A stretch of DNA of 63,522 nucleotides, counting the filler, from Planctomycetota bacterium (GTDB lineage: Bacteria > Planctomycetota > Planctomycetia > JALXBF01): NCBI GenBank assembly GCA_026991575.1. It is 4 parts of 4 records of this genome, joined end to end, with 100 filler letters (N's around TTAATTAATTAA, not from the genome) between each part and the next. Parts side by side here need not be neighbours in the genome. Positions count along the whole stretch, not along the records: positions 1 to 16,097 come from JALXBF010000117.1; positions 16,198 to 32,034 come from JALXBF010000119.1; 2 more parts are not named here. One strand, given 5' to 3'. The notes beneath the pieces were generated by a model. It was not told the origin of the DNA, ran no database searches, and was given only the letters and a program-made list of their open reading frames with translations. Position 1 is the first letter of the stretch, and each line of letters opens with the position of its first letter. The translations under genes and the position numbers were made by a program. Shown piece after piece: positions 8,379 to 20,169 of this stretch.

Positions 8379-9752
8379 CTACTCCTTAACCCGATCGATT
8401 TCGACCCTCACCGGGCGCGGATTATTGATGCGGTAGATTTCGTCCTCGATGCTCGCAGCTCGCTCTTCCAGCGCGCGGATCTGCTGCTCGAAATCAGCCA
8501 ACCGGCGTTTCAAGCTCTCTTCTTGCCGTTTCAGCGCTGTGTCGTCCGGATTCTGCTTCAGTGCGGCTCGCACCAGTCGAAGCCGCTTCCGCGCCGACCA
8601 GAGATTGCGTAACGGACGCACCGCTTCTTCGTTCCGCCGCTTGTTCAACTGGGCCACCTGGGCCGCCTGCTGTCTCAGCGGCCATGCATCGCGGTCCTGC
8701 AGTTCAATGCCGACGGCAAGCTGCTCCGCACGAAACCGACCCACCGGCTGCCCGTTGGCGCGCAACTCGTACAGTCCTGGAGGCAGACCGCGAACACGCA
8801 ACGTTTCCCGGGAGAACCGATGCCCTAGCTGCACCAGCCGTGCGCCCGGCAACGCCTCTTCCGGCAGTACCCACGGCAACGCTAACGCATTCAGCGTGAA
8901 CCGAATTCTGTCATTACGACCGATCACGTCGCTCACAATACAGTGCTCCATGCGAACAACAACCGCGTTTCTCTGTGTCACTAACAGCTCCGCCTTCCAG
9001 ACCTGATCTGGCAGACCGAGGTCACGCACCATCGCAGCCGCCATGATTGCCTGTCCCGCCGGCCCCGGGTGGACAGCGTCCGGAATCACCGTGAACTTCG
9101 GGTCGCGCTTCCTCTGAGAAAACGTCAACTGATTCAGCCAGCTGTACATGTCCACGTATCCCAGCCCCTCCCGGTATGCCACCTCGCGGAGCCAGGCCCC
9201 GTAGTACGCCAGCACTCCGTTGTAGTACTCCGCTCGATCGGCCGGTGTGTTCGGATTCCGCATATACGCGGCTCGGGAATCGAACATCGTCGGGTGCATT
9301 AGAATCGGCGTTGCTCCGCAGTCCTTGATCTGTCGCAGCAGTTCCAGCATGTCGTCGTGGTACCGCTGGAACAAACCGGCGTCAAATGGCCGGTAACCAC
9401 CGTCGTTCATGCCCAGGAGAATCGACACATACTTCGGCTTGTAGTGCGCCACGTCTCGCTCGAAACGGATCAACGCGTCGGCTGCTCGATCGCCGCCAAC
9501 GCCTGCGTTGTGGAATCGGACCCGGACGTCGGGATAACGGGTGAAGAAATAGTCTTCGAAATACTGTGTGTACAGACACTGGTGTGTGATACTGTCGCCT
9601 AGGAAGACGAACGTGTCGCCGTCGTTCAACTCGATCGACGCGAGTGGTCGGGCGAACTCAGCCGCTTCCTTCTCCTGAGCAGCGACGACCGACAGAAGCG
9701 TGCCCAAGCAGATGGCGAAAACCAGTCCAGCTATGCATCGCTGTCTGTGCAT
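8379..9752 (-). CDS. Secreted SGNH/GDSL hydrolase
   Basis: 'FLGDSIT', 'NAGVGG', 'GMND', 'DAVHP'; signal peptide; GAGGAGG RBS before ATG 9752. Confidence 0.9.
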   Translation of the reverse strand: MHRQRCIAGLVFAICLGTLLSVVAAQEKEAAEFARPLASIELNDGDTFVFLGDSITHQCLYTQYFEDYFFTRYPDVRVRFHNAGVGGDRAADALIRFERDVAHYKPKYVSILLGMNDGGYRPFDAGLFQRYHDDMLELLRQIKDCGATPILMHPTMFDSRAAYMRNPNTPADRAEYYNGVLAYYGAWLREVAYREGLGYVDMYSWLNQLTFSQRKRDPKFTVIPDAVHPGPAGQAIMAAAMVRDLGLPDQVWKAELLVTQRNAVVVRMEHCIVSDVIGRNDRIRFTLNALALPWVLPEEALPGARLVQLGHRFSRETLRVRGLPPGLYELRANGQPVGRFRAEQLAVGIELQDRDAWPLRQQAAQVAQLNKRRNEEAVRPLRNLWSARKRLRLVRAALKQNPDDTALKRQEESLKRRLADFEQQIRALEERAASIEDEIYRINNPRPVRVEIDRVKE

Positions 9753-10746
9753 CCCGACCTCCTCGAAAGACCAACCGGGGAAGTCATCCCCGCCTCTGTA
9801 CGCAGAAGGTCCCAAAGCATTCGTAATGACACGTCGAGTACGACCGCGGCCCGTTGGGCCAAACCTGTGCCCGTCCGCGCTTGGGAACGGATCGCGCGCC
9901 TCGGATGCGGTGCTATTGTAATGGAAAAGCTCCAGTCTGCTCCCCCGCCACACACGCCCCCCGACCAGCACCGCCAACGCAGCTCGGACGATCTGTTGCT
10001 CGTTGGCGTGCCGCCCAAGACCATTGCGTCCAAATCGATGGTTGGTTGTCGGGTGATGCAGCAGCGTCGCTTCAGAAGCAGCGAGCACACTGTTCCCACG
10101 GACTGGGGCTTGATGGAGGCAACCAGTCCCAGACGACTTGTCCCCACGGATCCACGAGATCCGGGCCAAGAGGGTACTTTCCGCGGAACCCATCAGGGAC
10201 GCGAGAGCCGATCTCGTGACACCGCAGGCGCGCACACAACGAGATGCTAATGAGTCAGCCCAGAGGCAGGATACTTCCGCAGGGTGTTGTTCCTGTAGCC
10301 CTTGAACAGGGCCAGACCGATGACCAAAGGCATTTCCTTCAAGCCTGGTAGCGTCGGCCCACGCATCTCAGCGCGTGCCACCTCCGTGTAGCACGCTCAT
10401 GCCACGACAGCGAGCACCGTACCGAGTCTACCGAACGTGCTGTGCCAGCGCTGACGTCGTGATTCACCGCGGAAGTGTTCAGCTTTGCGGATCCGGCTCT
10501 CGCATCCATCTGCCGTCTGGCTTATCGGTCGGTGCTGGTCAGGCCCCTGCGGAATGTGGCACCGGCCGGATCAGAACGATTGGACAGCCGAGCCCCGGAC
10601 ATTGACCGCAACGATTCAGCGCGCAGGAGCACGTGAGTGTGTATACTGCCAGGTTCGCGGGTGACGTTGTAGAACCCAACGAAGTAAGGAGCCCGGGCGT
10701 CAGAAATGTCGGATCTCCGCGCGACGCCGGACAGCCAGGAGCAACG

Positions 10747-12975
10747 ATGCGCCGTTTGTTCAGACTGTGCCCACCGCTAGTTGCGTGCACCTATGCGGTC
10801 CTCTCGAGCACCACTTGGCTATCCGCCGATGAGCCGGATCGGTCGCCGCTGGCCGCACTCGGCTTTGTAGACGTCACCGCTCCCCCGTTTTCGGCGGACC
10901 CTACCGGGCGGAAGGATTCGACGGAAGCAATCCAGCGAGCGATCGTGTACGCGCGTGACCACCAGATGGTCTGTTTCTTCCCGCCCGGAGAATACCTTGT
11001 CTCGGACACTCTTGAATGCCGCCAGTACCGGCCCCTGACTGCGGGCGGAACACGGCGCAAGGGCACGCGCGAATACCCTTGTGTGCTGGTCGGCTCCCGG
11101 CGTGGTCCTCGGCCGCGGATCGTCCTGGCACCGAATTCGCCCGGTTTCTCAGACCCTTCGAAGCCGAAGTATGTGATCCACTTCTGGGCGCCAGGAACCG
11201 GCCGCGAGGTCCCGCTCGACCAACCTCAACCCAACATCAATATGAACCAGATGCTGATCGGCATCGACATTGTCATCGGCCCGGGGAATCCAGGTGCGGT
11301 CGGCGTTCGCCACCGCTGCGCGCAGGGCTCGGGTGTGCAGGACTGCACGATTGATGCCCGGCACGGCTACTGTGGTCTGGAAGGCGGTGCGGGGTCCGGC
11401 GGGAGCCATGTGAACGTCACGGTCATCGGCGGCCGGATCGGGATGGACCTGCGCGAGACCCAGCCTGCTCCGACCCTCGTCGGCTGCACGCTGATTGGCC
11501 AGACGGAGGTGCCGCTGATCTCGGCCAGTCGCCAGACGTTGTGCGCCGTTGGCCTGCGCATCGAAACCGACACCAGTGGACCGGCGATCGTGACCAGAAA
11601 GGGCTGGGGAGCCCACACGGGACAGCTGTGCCTGGTCGACAGCGTGATCGTCTTCCGTAAACCGGGGCCAAACGTCGCCATCGACGCCGAGGCCAGCCTG
11701 TACTTGAACAATGTCTACGTCCGTGGTGCCCGAACGCTCGTCCATCAGCCCGGCCGCAGCCCTCTGCGAGCGTTTGATGCAGGCTGGAACCGGATCGCAG
11801 AGTACGCAGGCGGCGTGCCACAACGGTACCGGGATCGCAAACGGAACCTCGTGTTCCGCTACCCCGCCCCGATCTACGTTGACGGCGAACGACTGGACGT
11901 GCCCTACCTGGCCGCGGTTACCGATAGCGGACCACCACCGCGCGACCTGCAAACGCGGCATGTCTGGGATGAGGCACTCCCAAGCTGGGAATCGCCTGCC
12001 GCGGTGAATGTCAAGGATCCCCCCTACGGTGCCGTCGGGGACGGGAAAGCGGACGACACGGACGCAATCCAGAAGGCAATCGATGAGCGTGAAATCGTGT
12101 TCTTGCCGAAGGGAACGTATGCCGTCAGCAAGACGCTGCGGCTGCGTTCGAACACGAAGCTTATCGGAGTCCATCGCTGCTTTACGTGGCTTGTGCCGAT
12201 CAGCCGTCCGGGAGAGGACTTCACCGATCCCGAGAATCCGAAACCGGTTATCCAGACCGCCGACGATCCCAGAGCCCGGACCGTCCTGGCCTTCTTCGGC
12301 ATTCGAACGATGCAGCGATCGACGGCCGCTTACTGCCTGCTCTGGCGCAGCGGACGAGATTCCCTCATCCGGGACGCCGACATGGTGTACGCGTACGGAC
12401 CGTGGCGAGTCCCTGAGCATCGGCCGGTCAAACCGTATAATCATCCGCTGGTCATCGTGGAAGGTCATGGCGGCGGCCGGTGGTACAACTTCTTCCAGGA
12501 GAGCTGGCGGTGGCACGGACCGGCGTACCGACACCTGCTCATCCGGGGCACGACCGAACCGCTGCGGATTTACCAGTGCAACCCGGAGCATGCGCGATCG
12601 GACGCGAACATGGAGATCCGCGGTGCCCGCAACGTGTCCATCTACGGCGTCAAAGGGGAATACAACCGGCCGATCATCTGGGTCCGGGACAGTGACCACA
12701 TTCGAATCTTCGGTTACGGCGGCAACGCTGCCGCCCGCGCGGGCACGGCACTGTTTGTGATCGAACGTACCCCCAGGTTCCTGCTGGCCAACCTGGTCGA
12801 CACGCCCCGCATGCCCCGAGGTATTTCGGACACGTTCTTTGCAGGAGACGGCGTCGATCCGCGTCGCTGGCACATGGTCCTGGAGCGCACGCTGACCGGC
12901 GACACGATCCGCACGGCGCCGCTGGAGCGTCCCGTGCTGTACAAGCGTGGCTATGGACCGAAGGGCGACTACTAG
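10747..12975 (+). CDS. Secreted beta-helix carbohydrate-active enzyme (two Pectate_lyase_3-like modules)
   Basis: 'DVTAPPFSADPTGRKDSTEAIQRAI..FFPPGEYLVS' and 'NVKDPPYGAVGDGKADDTDAIQKAI..FLPKGTY'. Confidence 0.8.
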   Translation: MRRLFRLCPPLVACTYAVLSSTTWLSADEPDRSPLAALGFVDVTAPPFSADPTGRKDSTEAIQRAIVYARDHQMVCFFPPGEYLVSDTLECRQYRPLTAGGTRRKGTREYPCVLVGSRRGPRPRIVLAPNSPGFSDPSKPKYVIHFWAPGTGREVPLDQPQPNINMNQMLIGIDIVIGPGNPGAVGVRHRCAQGSGVQDCTIDARHGYCGLEGGAGSGGSHVNVTVIGGRIGMDLRETQPAPTLVGCTLIGQTEVPLISASRQTLCAVGLRIETDTSGPAIVTRKGWGAHTGQLCLVDSVIVFRKPGPNVAIDAEASLYLNNVYVRGARTLVHQPGRSPLRAFDAGWNRIAEYAGGVPQRYRDRKRNLVFRYPAPIYVDGERLDVPYLAAVTDSGPPPRDLQTRHVWDEALPSWESPAAVNVKDPPYGAVGDGKADDTDAIQKAIDEREIVFLPKGTYAVSKTLRLRSNTKLIGVHRCFTWLVPISRPGEDFTDPENPKPVIQTADDPRARTVLAFFGIRTMQRSTAAYCLLWRSGRDSLIRDADMVYAYGPWRVPEHRPVKPYNHPLVIVEGHGGGRWYNFFQESWRWHGPAYRHLLIRGTTEPLRIYQCNPEHARSDANMEIRGARNVSIYGVKGEYNRPIIWVRDSDHIRIFGYGGNAAARAGTALFVIERTPRFLLANLVDTPRMPRGISDTFFAGDGVDPRRWHMVLERTLTGDTIRTAPLERPVLYKRGYGPKGDY

Positions 12976-13305
12976 CGGCGTACCGCAGTGCTGCGGCGGC
13001 TGTGCGGCATTGGCCTGCTGACCCCACCGGCCGGTGACGTTGGCCCGTGCGACGCATCGCACCAGCTTGACCCGGCTATCGCACGAGTAGCGCCTGATCC
13101 GCGTCGCCAGGGGAAGTCAGCAGGCAGTGCTACCCAGTTACGCTCTCGTAGCGCGTCCTGCAGGCGGGGTACTGCTCAGCGTTAGCACTCATCTGCCGAT
13201 CGGATCGAATCAGTTCCCCGGTTGTGATGCAATCCCGTTGCAGGATCCGCTCGAGGACTTCACCAAGTGTCCCCCGGTGCAGCTTCTTGCCCGGCTCTTG
13301 CGTCG

Positions 13306-16097
13306 CTAATCTTCCGATCGGAACCGGAGGCGATAGCTGTCAAGGATCGGTGTGCGGTTCGGGTCGGATGTGCTCAGTCGGAACCTCAGCCGCACGGACT
13401 CGCGCAGCGAAAACGTCGTTCCGCTGCGGACGGCCTCGAGCAGCGGGCGTCCCCTCGCGTCCAGTATGTCGACGTCCACGCGCGTGCCTGCTGGGGTCCG
13501 CACGCGGTACTCCAGCGTATGGAATTCGGTCCCCGGCGGCAGTTGCAGCAACTCGGTAACGAAGCTCCCCGCCGGGCAGTATGCGTCCCCCCGACGAGCC
13601 AACACGATGTTATCGGTCTGATTGACGACGTTCTCCCTGCGGCCTCGGTAGATGAAGTACGTGTCCTCGTAGGCCCACGGGAGCACGTTCAGCCGTTGGT
13701 ACGTGCGGCGGCGCTGGAAGTGCTCGGTGTTCGGGCCGAGACCACGGGTCTCGATTACGTCTGCGCCACCGCTGCCGGAAAGCACCAGCTCCAGGTACGG
13801 ATCGTCGTCCACATTGCAGGCGAACGCGGTCCCCCAGAAACGAGGCCCTCCGACGTCAAAGCGATCGAGAACATTGCCTCGGGCATCAAGTGCGAAGATG
13901 ACCCCGTGCGGTTTCCCCCGGGCAGAACGCTCGGTGTCGAAATAGGGTCCGTTCGTAACGGCGACAATCTCGAGTTCTGGATCGCCGTCAACATCGCACA
14001 GCACCGGCGTCATGTACGCATGAGCCGCATCGTCCAGCTCCGGTCTCAGGTCACGCTTCCATAGGACTCGGCCCTGCCCGTCGAGGCAATACACCACGCC
14101 TCCGAACGTCATGCCCACGATCTCGACATCGCCGTCGCCGTCCAGGTCGGCCACGTTAGGGGAGTCCTCTTGCGCAAAGCCGGTCACCCGCCACAAGAGC
14201 CTGCCATCGGTTTCGAAAGCGTAGATGGCGTCGTGTGCATCGTCCCCCGCATAGTTGTCCACCGACTTGACGATCTCAACGGCTCCGTCTCCGTCAATGT
14301 CCGCTAAGACGGGGTCCGCACTGGACGCGTTGTCATTGGTGGCAAACGACCAGACCGTCCTCAGCGTCAGGGGGTCGAAGCGATGGAGCGTTCCCTTGGC
14401 AACGTGGTCGTCGCCGCTACCGGCAAACAGATCCCACTGGCCGTCTCCGTCCACATCGAGCGCACTAGTGTGGCAACCACACTGGGACCAGCCCTCCCGA
14501 ATCGCGATCGGCCGTAGGCTGTGCATGTCAATGCGGAAGAGAAAACGGGTTCGGGACCCCAAGAGCCCATCGAGTCGTCCGTCCTGGTCAACATCGATGA
14601 TGACCGGACTGTTCCCAAGCTTCCAGTCTGGTGCGTCCCACCGACCGAGGACTTTACCTGTTCGTGGGTCGAGCACGTACAGTCGGCCCGGCGAAGACGT
14701 CGTGTAGATGATCTCATACAGGCCGTCGCGGTTGAGATCGTATGCGCAGGCGGACTGGTGATCCCCCTGCAGGCGCACGGTCCACTTCGGCCGGCCGCTC
14801 GCTGCGTCGAGTAACCGAACCCGGCGTGTTCGTCGTTCGGCGAAGAAGATCTCACGCCGGCCGTCACCGTCGACGTCCGCACAGATCTGAGCCAGCGAGA
14901 AGCTCGGCTCGGGGATACTCCACTGCCGTTTGAACAAGCCGCGCTCGGAGCGGCGGCGGCCGGCCGCTGGTTGTTCCTCCTGGCCAGGCTGCTGACGCTC
15001 GGTGTCGCGATGCGCAATTGCCTGGAAATCGGACTCGTTCAGGGGACGGCTGCGTGGGTAGTCGGGAATCGTCAGCTCATAGATTCGTCGCACCTTCTCG
15101 GCCCGCTCTCGACCAGCGACGAACGGGTCAAACATCGCCTCGGCAACCAGCGCCAGCGAAAACGGCCCCTTGCGATCCGGGTACCGGGTCATCATCTCGC
15201 GATCTTGCTCCACGGGGAAACTCCCGTATCGGCCCGCGTAGAAGCGGTAGCAAAACCCTTGCGCAAACACGCCGTGCCGGGCCGGCAACTGAAAGTCCCG
15301 GAAAAGGAAATTGATCTCCCGCGCTGGATCTTTGCCACGCAGTGCCGATCGGTACAGCCGCAGGTACGTGGCGAACTCGGGCCCAAGTGCGAACCAGTGT
15401 CGCCGATGTGCGCGGTCGCGGTAGGTATTCACGTACCATCCCCGGCGGATCGGAATGCGACGGATCCGTCGCGCCAACTCTTCGGCTGCCTGCTTGTTGG
15501 GCACCGGCTGCTTGACGACCTGCACCACGGGCAACTCCGGCCGGACCGCGCGAACGACCTGGACCATCTCCGCAAGCATCTGGGCTTCGGGATATGGATT
15601 CCGCTGCCCCTGGCACACCCGGCAATGGCAGTACACGCCGTCGTGGTAGGGCGATTCGAGGACCACGCCGTCAAAGCCGCGCTCCGGCGCGCAGAGCTGA
15701 GCCAGGCGGTCCATGTACCAGCGGCGCACGCGCGGATCACGTGGACAGTCGGCTTCGCGATCGGCGTCAACGTTCTCGGCAGTACTGACCGAACGCGGAG
15801 GGGCCTCGTGCGCAGGCCGATAGGGAACGAAATGGAAAAAGACCTTGATGCCCTTCGCGTGCGCCGCGCGCAGAAACGCCTGGACCGCTTTCTGATATGC
15901 CGGGTAGTTGCACCAGACCAGGTTGACGTGCGTCACTTTCCACTCGCTTAACCACTCGACAAAGTATTCCTTGTCGAACACGACGTTCCTGCTAAAGCGG
16001 TTCAGCCGTGGGTAGCGCATGAACCCTTCGTGGTCGTTATCCGCCGAGAACAAGTTGCACCCGGATTCTGACAGCATCCGAACCTTCAGTGGCGGGT
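13306..16097 (-). CDS. Glycoside-hydrolase-like domain fused to an FG-GAP/VCBS beta-propeller; 5'-truncated
   Basis: Many DxDGDG repeats in the C-terminal half; 'FDGVVLES..YCHCRVC' in the N-terminal half; frame open to the gap. Confidence 0.7.
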
Positions 16098-16197
16098 NNN
16101 NNNNNNNNNNNNNNNNNNNNNNNNNNNNNNNNNNNNNNNNNTTAATTAATTAANNNNNNNNNNNNNNNNNNNNNNNNNNNNNNNNNNNNNNNNNNNN
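16098..16197. other. Artificial contig linker
   Basis: N-run, TTAATTAATTAA (stops in all frames), N-run. Confidence 0.98.
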
Positions 16198-17077
16198 CGC
16201 ACGCTCGAACTGTACCATCGTTAGCGCCCTCTGCACCTTGCATCCAGCTACCGTTGCCCTGTTTGTTTCCCGATCAGCTCAACGCGGCCCCTGTGCCATT
16301 GTTGCGCTCGATGCGACGCCCCTGCCGTCCGCTACGCTCGCCCCCGACGGGCATGAAGCACGTCCACGGACCGGCCCCAATTGGGTGTTTCGATTGCATG
16401 CCTTCCGAAGCGTCTGTTGCGTCGTCCCTGTCCCCCAGCAATAACTCGGTCCAGGAAGACTTTCTGACGGTCGACAGGCACGATGGAACCGCAACGTCGC
16501 TCAGCACGTCCCACTGGTCAGTCAGGCTATCACACGGGCGCTGTCCCACCACAGGAGACTACGGCCGGGAAGGCGAGGCCCACCGCTTCAAACGAACGTG
16601 CCCGGTCAGCTCACTGGCACTGGCCATCTCACGTGCGCGGTAAGCCAAAGGTCGGTCGAACCGTCGATCTTGGTGAGTCCGTGGCGCCGCGCGCGGCGCC
16701 GTGTGCGTGCCAGCAGCGGGAAAAGAGCTTGACCGCACAGCGTGGCCTACTGTTCTGAACAGCCCCGATCACGAGGCGGCAGCGAACGTGCGATCGTTCG
16801 CGCTGGCCGACCCAAGCAGTTGGAGTCGATGGAGACAACGAGCTTCGGGTGGGCACCGATTCAGCGAGTTGGACGTGTTTGTTTGCTCTGCGTCCCGAGT
16901 GCACATCCAGGCCACCGATGGAATGTCGCCGCGTTCAGGGTCATCGGCGGAGACAGGTGTTGTCCGCGATGACCATTGACGGGCCAGCCGCACAAAACGA
17001 AGGCCCGACCATCGAGGGTCGGACCCGGTGTTTCGCACGGCGGCGAGACTGGATTCCGAGGGACCTTGGAAGAAGGG

Positions 17078-18607
17078 TTACGTTTTCGGCTCTCTCTGCT
17101 CGCCCTCGGAACCTGGCTCTTCACCCGGGCCATCCTGCCCCGTGGAGCCGGGATCAGCAACGCCTTCGGACTGTTCTCCCGAGTTGTCCTTGGACTCGTG
17201 CTCGGACGTTGTCGCGCCGACCGTAGCCTCCTCCGACTCGGCTGGCTTTCCTTCGGACTCTGTGCGCACGCCGAGGTCCTGTTCCTGGGTCTCGAAGTCG
17301 AAGAAGTCCTGTTCGTCTTCCTCGGTCCAGATCTCGTCCAGATCTGTGGCATCCACGTCGCGGCGTAGCAGCAGGTAGATTGCCGTGGCGGCGGTCCAGA
17401 AGTAGCTGTAGACGTATGCGCCGCCGGCCAGAGCCATTGTGTACACCCAGAACGCGATCAGGCCGGCGCCGATGGTCTCGACCCCGTCGGCTGGCGTTGC
17501 CTCGCCGGCGCCTGGGAAGATCGGCCAGAGGAACGAGGGCGTTAGCGCAAAGAGCCGTGCAAGCAGCTGGTCGTTCGCCCCCCAGGACACGGCCCAGTAG
17601 CTGAAGTAGAGGATGAGTTGCACGAACAGCAGGAACACGAACGTGGCCAACGACCCGAGCACCACGGTCAGAGCCGCGTAGAAGAGGTAATTCCACGGCC
17701 GTTGCATTGAGTATGCGTAGCAGCGGCTGATCGCGTCGAATGCGTCCGTGCCTTCGACGCTGATGGTCGGCACCATCAGTGGCCAGCCGATGGCCAGGCC
17801 AACGATCAGGAATGCCATCACGATGCCGGCAATCAGTGGCAGGAACCACAAGGTTCCGGCAAAGAGCGGGCCGAAGTACGGGATGTTGGTCACCCAGCCG
17901 CCGACCATGCAGATCAGTGCCACGAAGACGAGGAAGTAGGTGATGATCAGGGGGGCTGACGCGTAGGAGGGAATGTACTTCGCGCAGAAGCTAACGGCCT
18001 CAGTCAGCGAAACCCGCTCGTCGCGGCCGAGCTGCATGGCCGCGATCCGTGCGATGACGCCGCCGATGATGCCCCAGACCAGGGCAGTCCAGACTACCAG
18101 GGCCGACAGGTGCAGGAACAAGCCGTAATCGATGACCCAGCCAACCCAGGGAATCCGTAGCTGGAGTTTGCTTTCCGGGTACCTGGCCGAGAACAGCGGT
18201 GCAAACGGGCTGATCAGCTCGCGGTACGGCGTCAGCACCACGGACCATTGAAGGGCGACGCGGGCCAGCAGGCCGGGCGGATCGTCCAGTCCCGCTGCGG
18301 CGACCGCTACAGGAAGCGTCTGCTCGTCATCGCCATAAATCAGCCAGATCCGCTCCATGAGACCGCCCTCTTCCCAGGGCAGCGCAATGTGGGGCGTCGG
18401 CACGGGGCCTGCCCCTTCGCCCACGGCGTACGCGTTCTGGAACGCCCAGTTGATGGCGAACCAGCCGCCGGTCAGGGCCAGCACGCCGATGATCGCCAGC
18501 AAGAGCTTTCGCGGATCGGCAGACGACTTGCCGCAGCGGACCAGAAGAAGCCAGGGGAAGAGCTGACGGTAGCGGATTTCCGTCAGCGGCGCACGCTGTT
18601 CGCTCAT
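17078..18607 (-). CDS. Polytopic membrane protein with acidic C-terminal tail
   Basis: Several hydrophobic segments; 'YLLLRRDVDATDLDEIW'. Confidence 0.8.
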   Translation of the reverse strand: MSEQRAPLTEIRYRQLFPWLLLVRCGKSSADPRKLLLAIIGVLALTGGWFAINWAFQNAYAVGEGAGPVPTPHIALPWEEGGLMERIWLIYGDDEQTLPVAVAAAGLDDPPGLLARVALQWSVVLTPYRELISPFAPLFSARYPESKLQLRIPWVGWVIDYGLFLHLSALVVWTALVWGIIGGVIARIAAMQLGRDERVSLTEAVSFCAKYIPSYASAPLIITYFLVFVALICMVGGWVTNIPYFGPLFAGTLWFLPLIAGIVMAFLIVGLAIGWPLMVPTISVEGTDAFDAISRCYAYSMQRPWNYLFYAALTVVLGSLATFVFLLFVQLILYFSYWAVSWGANDQLLARLFALTPSFLWPIFPGAGEATPADGVETIGAGLIAFWVYTMALAGGAYVYSYFWTAATAIYLLLRRDVDATDLDEIWTEEDEQDFFDFETQEQDLGVRTESEGKPAESEEATVGATTSEHESKDNSGEQSEGVADPGSTGQDGPGEEPGSEGEQREPKT

Positions 18608-18715
18608 CCCACGCAATCTCCTCGTTACGTGTCCAACGCGCCCAGAAGCGAAGCCCTATTATAAGCGTCTCTTCAACCATGGCACGAGCGGCTCCGGCCG
18701 CTGGCTGGAACCGCT

Positions 18716-18958
18716 CTACGATTGCGGCGAAGAACTCCCCTGCTCGCCCTGACCGCTACGATCCGTCAGGTCCTCCAGCTCCGCCGCCTCGTCCGGCTCG
18801 ACCGCCGGCACGCGATACCGCTCACCGAGCCATCGGCCGAGGTCAATCAGACGGCAGCGTTCGCTGCAAAACGGGAAAGGCGGCCGAGGCCGCCCTTCCT
18901 CCAGGTTCAGTTGCACCGGGTGCCCACAGACCGGGCACTTCAGCAGTTTCCTGCTCAT
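18716..18958 (-). CDS. yacG: DNA gyrase inhibitor YacG
   Basis: 'CPVC...PFCSERCRLIDLGRWL'. Confidence 0.92.
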   Translation of the reverse strand: MSRKLLKCPVCGHPVQLNLEEGRPRPPFPFCSERCRLIDLGRWLGERYRVPAVEPDEAAELEDLTDRSGQGEQGSSSPQS

Positions 18959-19224
18959 GTGAATTTTGAGGAACTACCGTTGCTGGATGACTCTTCCTTG
19001 CAGCACTTCTTTTCGGCCTCTGCGGCTTTCTTGTAGCTGGAACTCCGATAATCGGTTGCGTAGAAGCCGCTGCCCTTGAAGATCACCGCCCCGCCGGCGC
19101 CGATGAGCCGGCGCAGCTTCTGCCGCCCGCAGGACGGGCACTTCTTGCGGGGTGGCTCGGTGATCGAGTGGAAAATCTCGAACTCCTCGCCACAGGCATC
19201 GCAGACGTAGTCATAGGTTGGCAT
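18955..19224 (-). CDS. FmdB-family zinc ribbon protein
   Basis: 'MPTYDYVCDACG..CPSCG..FKGSGFYATDY'. Confidence 0.92.
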   Translation of the reverse strand: MPTYDYVCDACGEEFEIFHSITEPPRKKCPSCGRQKLRRLIGAGGAVIFKGSGFYATDYRSSSYKKAAEAEKKCCKEESSSNGSSSKFT

Positions 19225-19275
19225 CGCTACCCTCCGCTTCGTTGCGTCGCGCTTGCCTGCCGGGCCGGACGGCCT

Positions 19276-19953
19276 CTAGGCAGGCTGATTATCCGTCGGT
19301 CCGTCCGATCGCTGCTCGGCACCGCCCCGCTCGGCCGCCGTCTGGGTCGCTTCCGGTTCCTTGGAAACCACCACCTTGGCTGGCCGCAGTAGGCGGTCAT
19401 GGAACATATAGCCCCGTTGGAGCGTGCGGACGACGCGGCCCGGCGGCAGGTCCTCCCGCTCCTCCTGGGCCACCGCCTCATGATAGGCCGGATCAAAGAC
19501 CTGGTTGTCCGAATCGATTGGTCGGATACCGTGCCGCTCAAATACGCTCAGCAGCTCCTGGTACACCATCCGAACACCCTGGACGATGGCCTCCGCGCCA
19601 GCGACTTTCTCCGCTGCTTCGATCGCTCGCTCCAGATTGTCCAAGACGTTTAGCAGGTCGCGAGCGAACGGCTGTACGGCGAACTTGCGTTCTTCTTCCA
19701 GCTGGCGTGCGACCCGCTTCTGGTAGTTCAGGTAGTCGGCACGGGTGCGCTGCAGCATCTGGAGAAACTCGTCGCGTTCGCGCGCCTTGCGCTGCAACTC
19801 CTCCAAGTCGTGCGCGACTGCCTCAGCAGCTTCCTCCACGTCACGCTGCTGGTCCGTGCCGGCAGCTTCCTGAGGCTCTTGAGGAGGCGTTGACTGCTGT
19901 GCTGTCGTTTCGGTCCCGTGCTGGTTGTGCCTTTCCTCGGCCGACCCGCTCAT
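19276..19953 (-). CDS. grpE: Nucleotide exchange factor GrpE
   Basis: 'ADYLNYQKR', 'FDPAYHEAV', 'GYMFHDRLLRPAKVVV'. Confidence 0.97.
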   Translation of the reverse strand: MSGSAEERHNQHGTETTAQQSTPPQEPQEAAGTDQQRDVEEAAEAVAHDLEELQRKARERDEFLQMLQRTRADYLNYQKRVARQLEEERKFAVQPFARDLLNVLDNLERAIEAAEKVAGAEAIVQGVRMVYQELLSVFERHGIRPIDSDNQVFDPAYHEAVAQEEREDLPPGRVVRTLQRGYMFHDRLLRPAKVVVSKEPEATQTAAERGGAEQRSDGPTDNQPA

Positions 19954-20023
19954 CGCTCCTCCCTCCGGACTCACCACCATAGCTACCACGGCTAGCGTTA
20001 AGCTGCCATCCTTCTGGCGGGGC

Positions 20024-20039
20024 TGCAAATTTTGTGCCA
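20024..20039 (-). promoter_or_regulatory. Putative sigma54 -24/-12 promoter of grpE
   Basis: Minus strand TGGCACAAAATTTGCA (GG-N10-GC). Confidence 0.7.
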
Positions 20040-20169
20040 CCGTTGGACTTGTGGCCCAGCGAGACTCGTTACCAAATCATGACAGATGAACAACTTGCAA
20101 TAGTGCCTCGCGCCGCCTGGCCGTAGGCATGGCATTCTGGCCAGGTCACCTGCCGAACTGGCCGTTCCT

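Noticed and set aside
690..8380. CRISPR array near csx1
   Set aside because: No regularly spaced 25-45-nt direct repeats with unique spacers were seen; the repeats present are dispersed or palindromic.
9753..10235. N-terminal extension of the SGNH hydrolase ORF
   Set aside because: A strong RBS and signal peptide mark the start at 9752.
11149..13062. Long antisense ORFs (also 20218-21435, 22542-24467, 2711-3865)
   Set aside because: Shadow frames opposite well-supported genes in GC-rich DNA, with no motifs.
16198..17077. Gene or RNA in long intergenic stretches (also 57954-58590)
   Set aside because: Only short, low-quality ORFs; no tRNA, rRNA or riboswitch pattern recognisable by eye.
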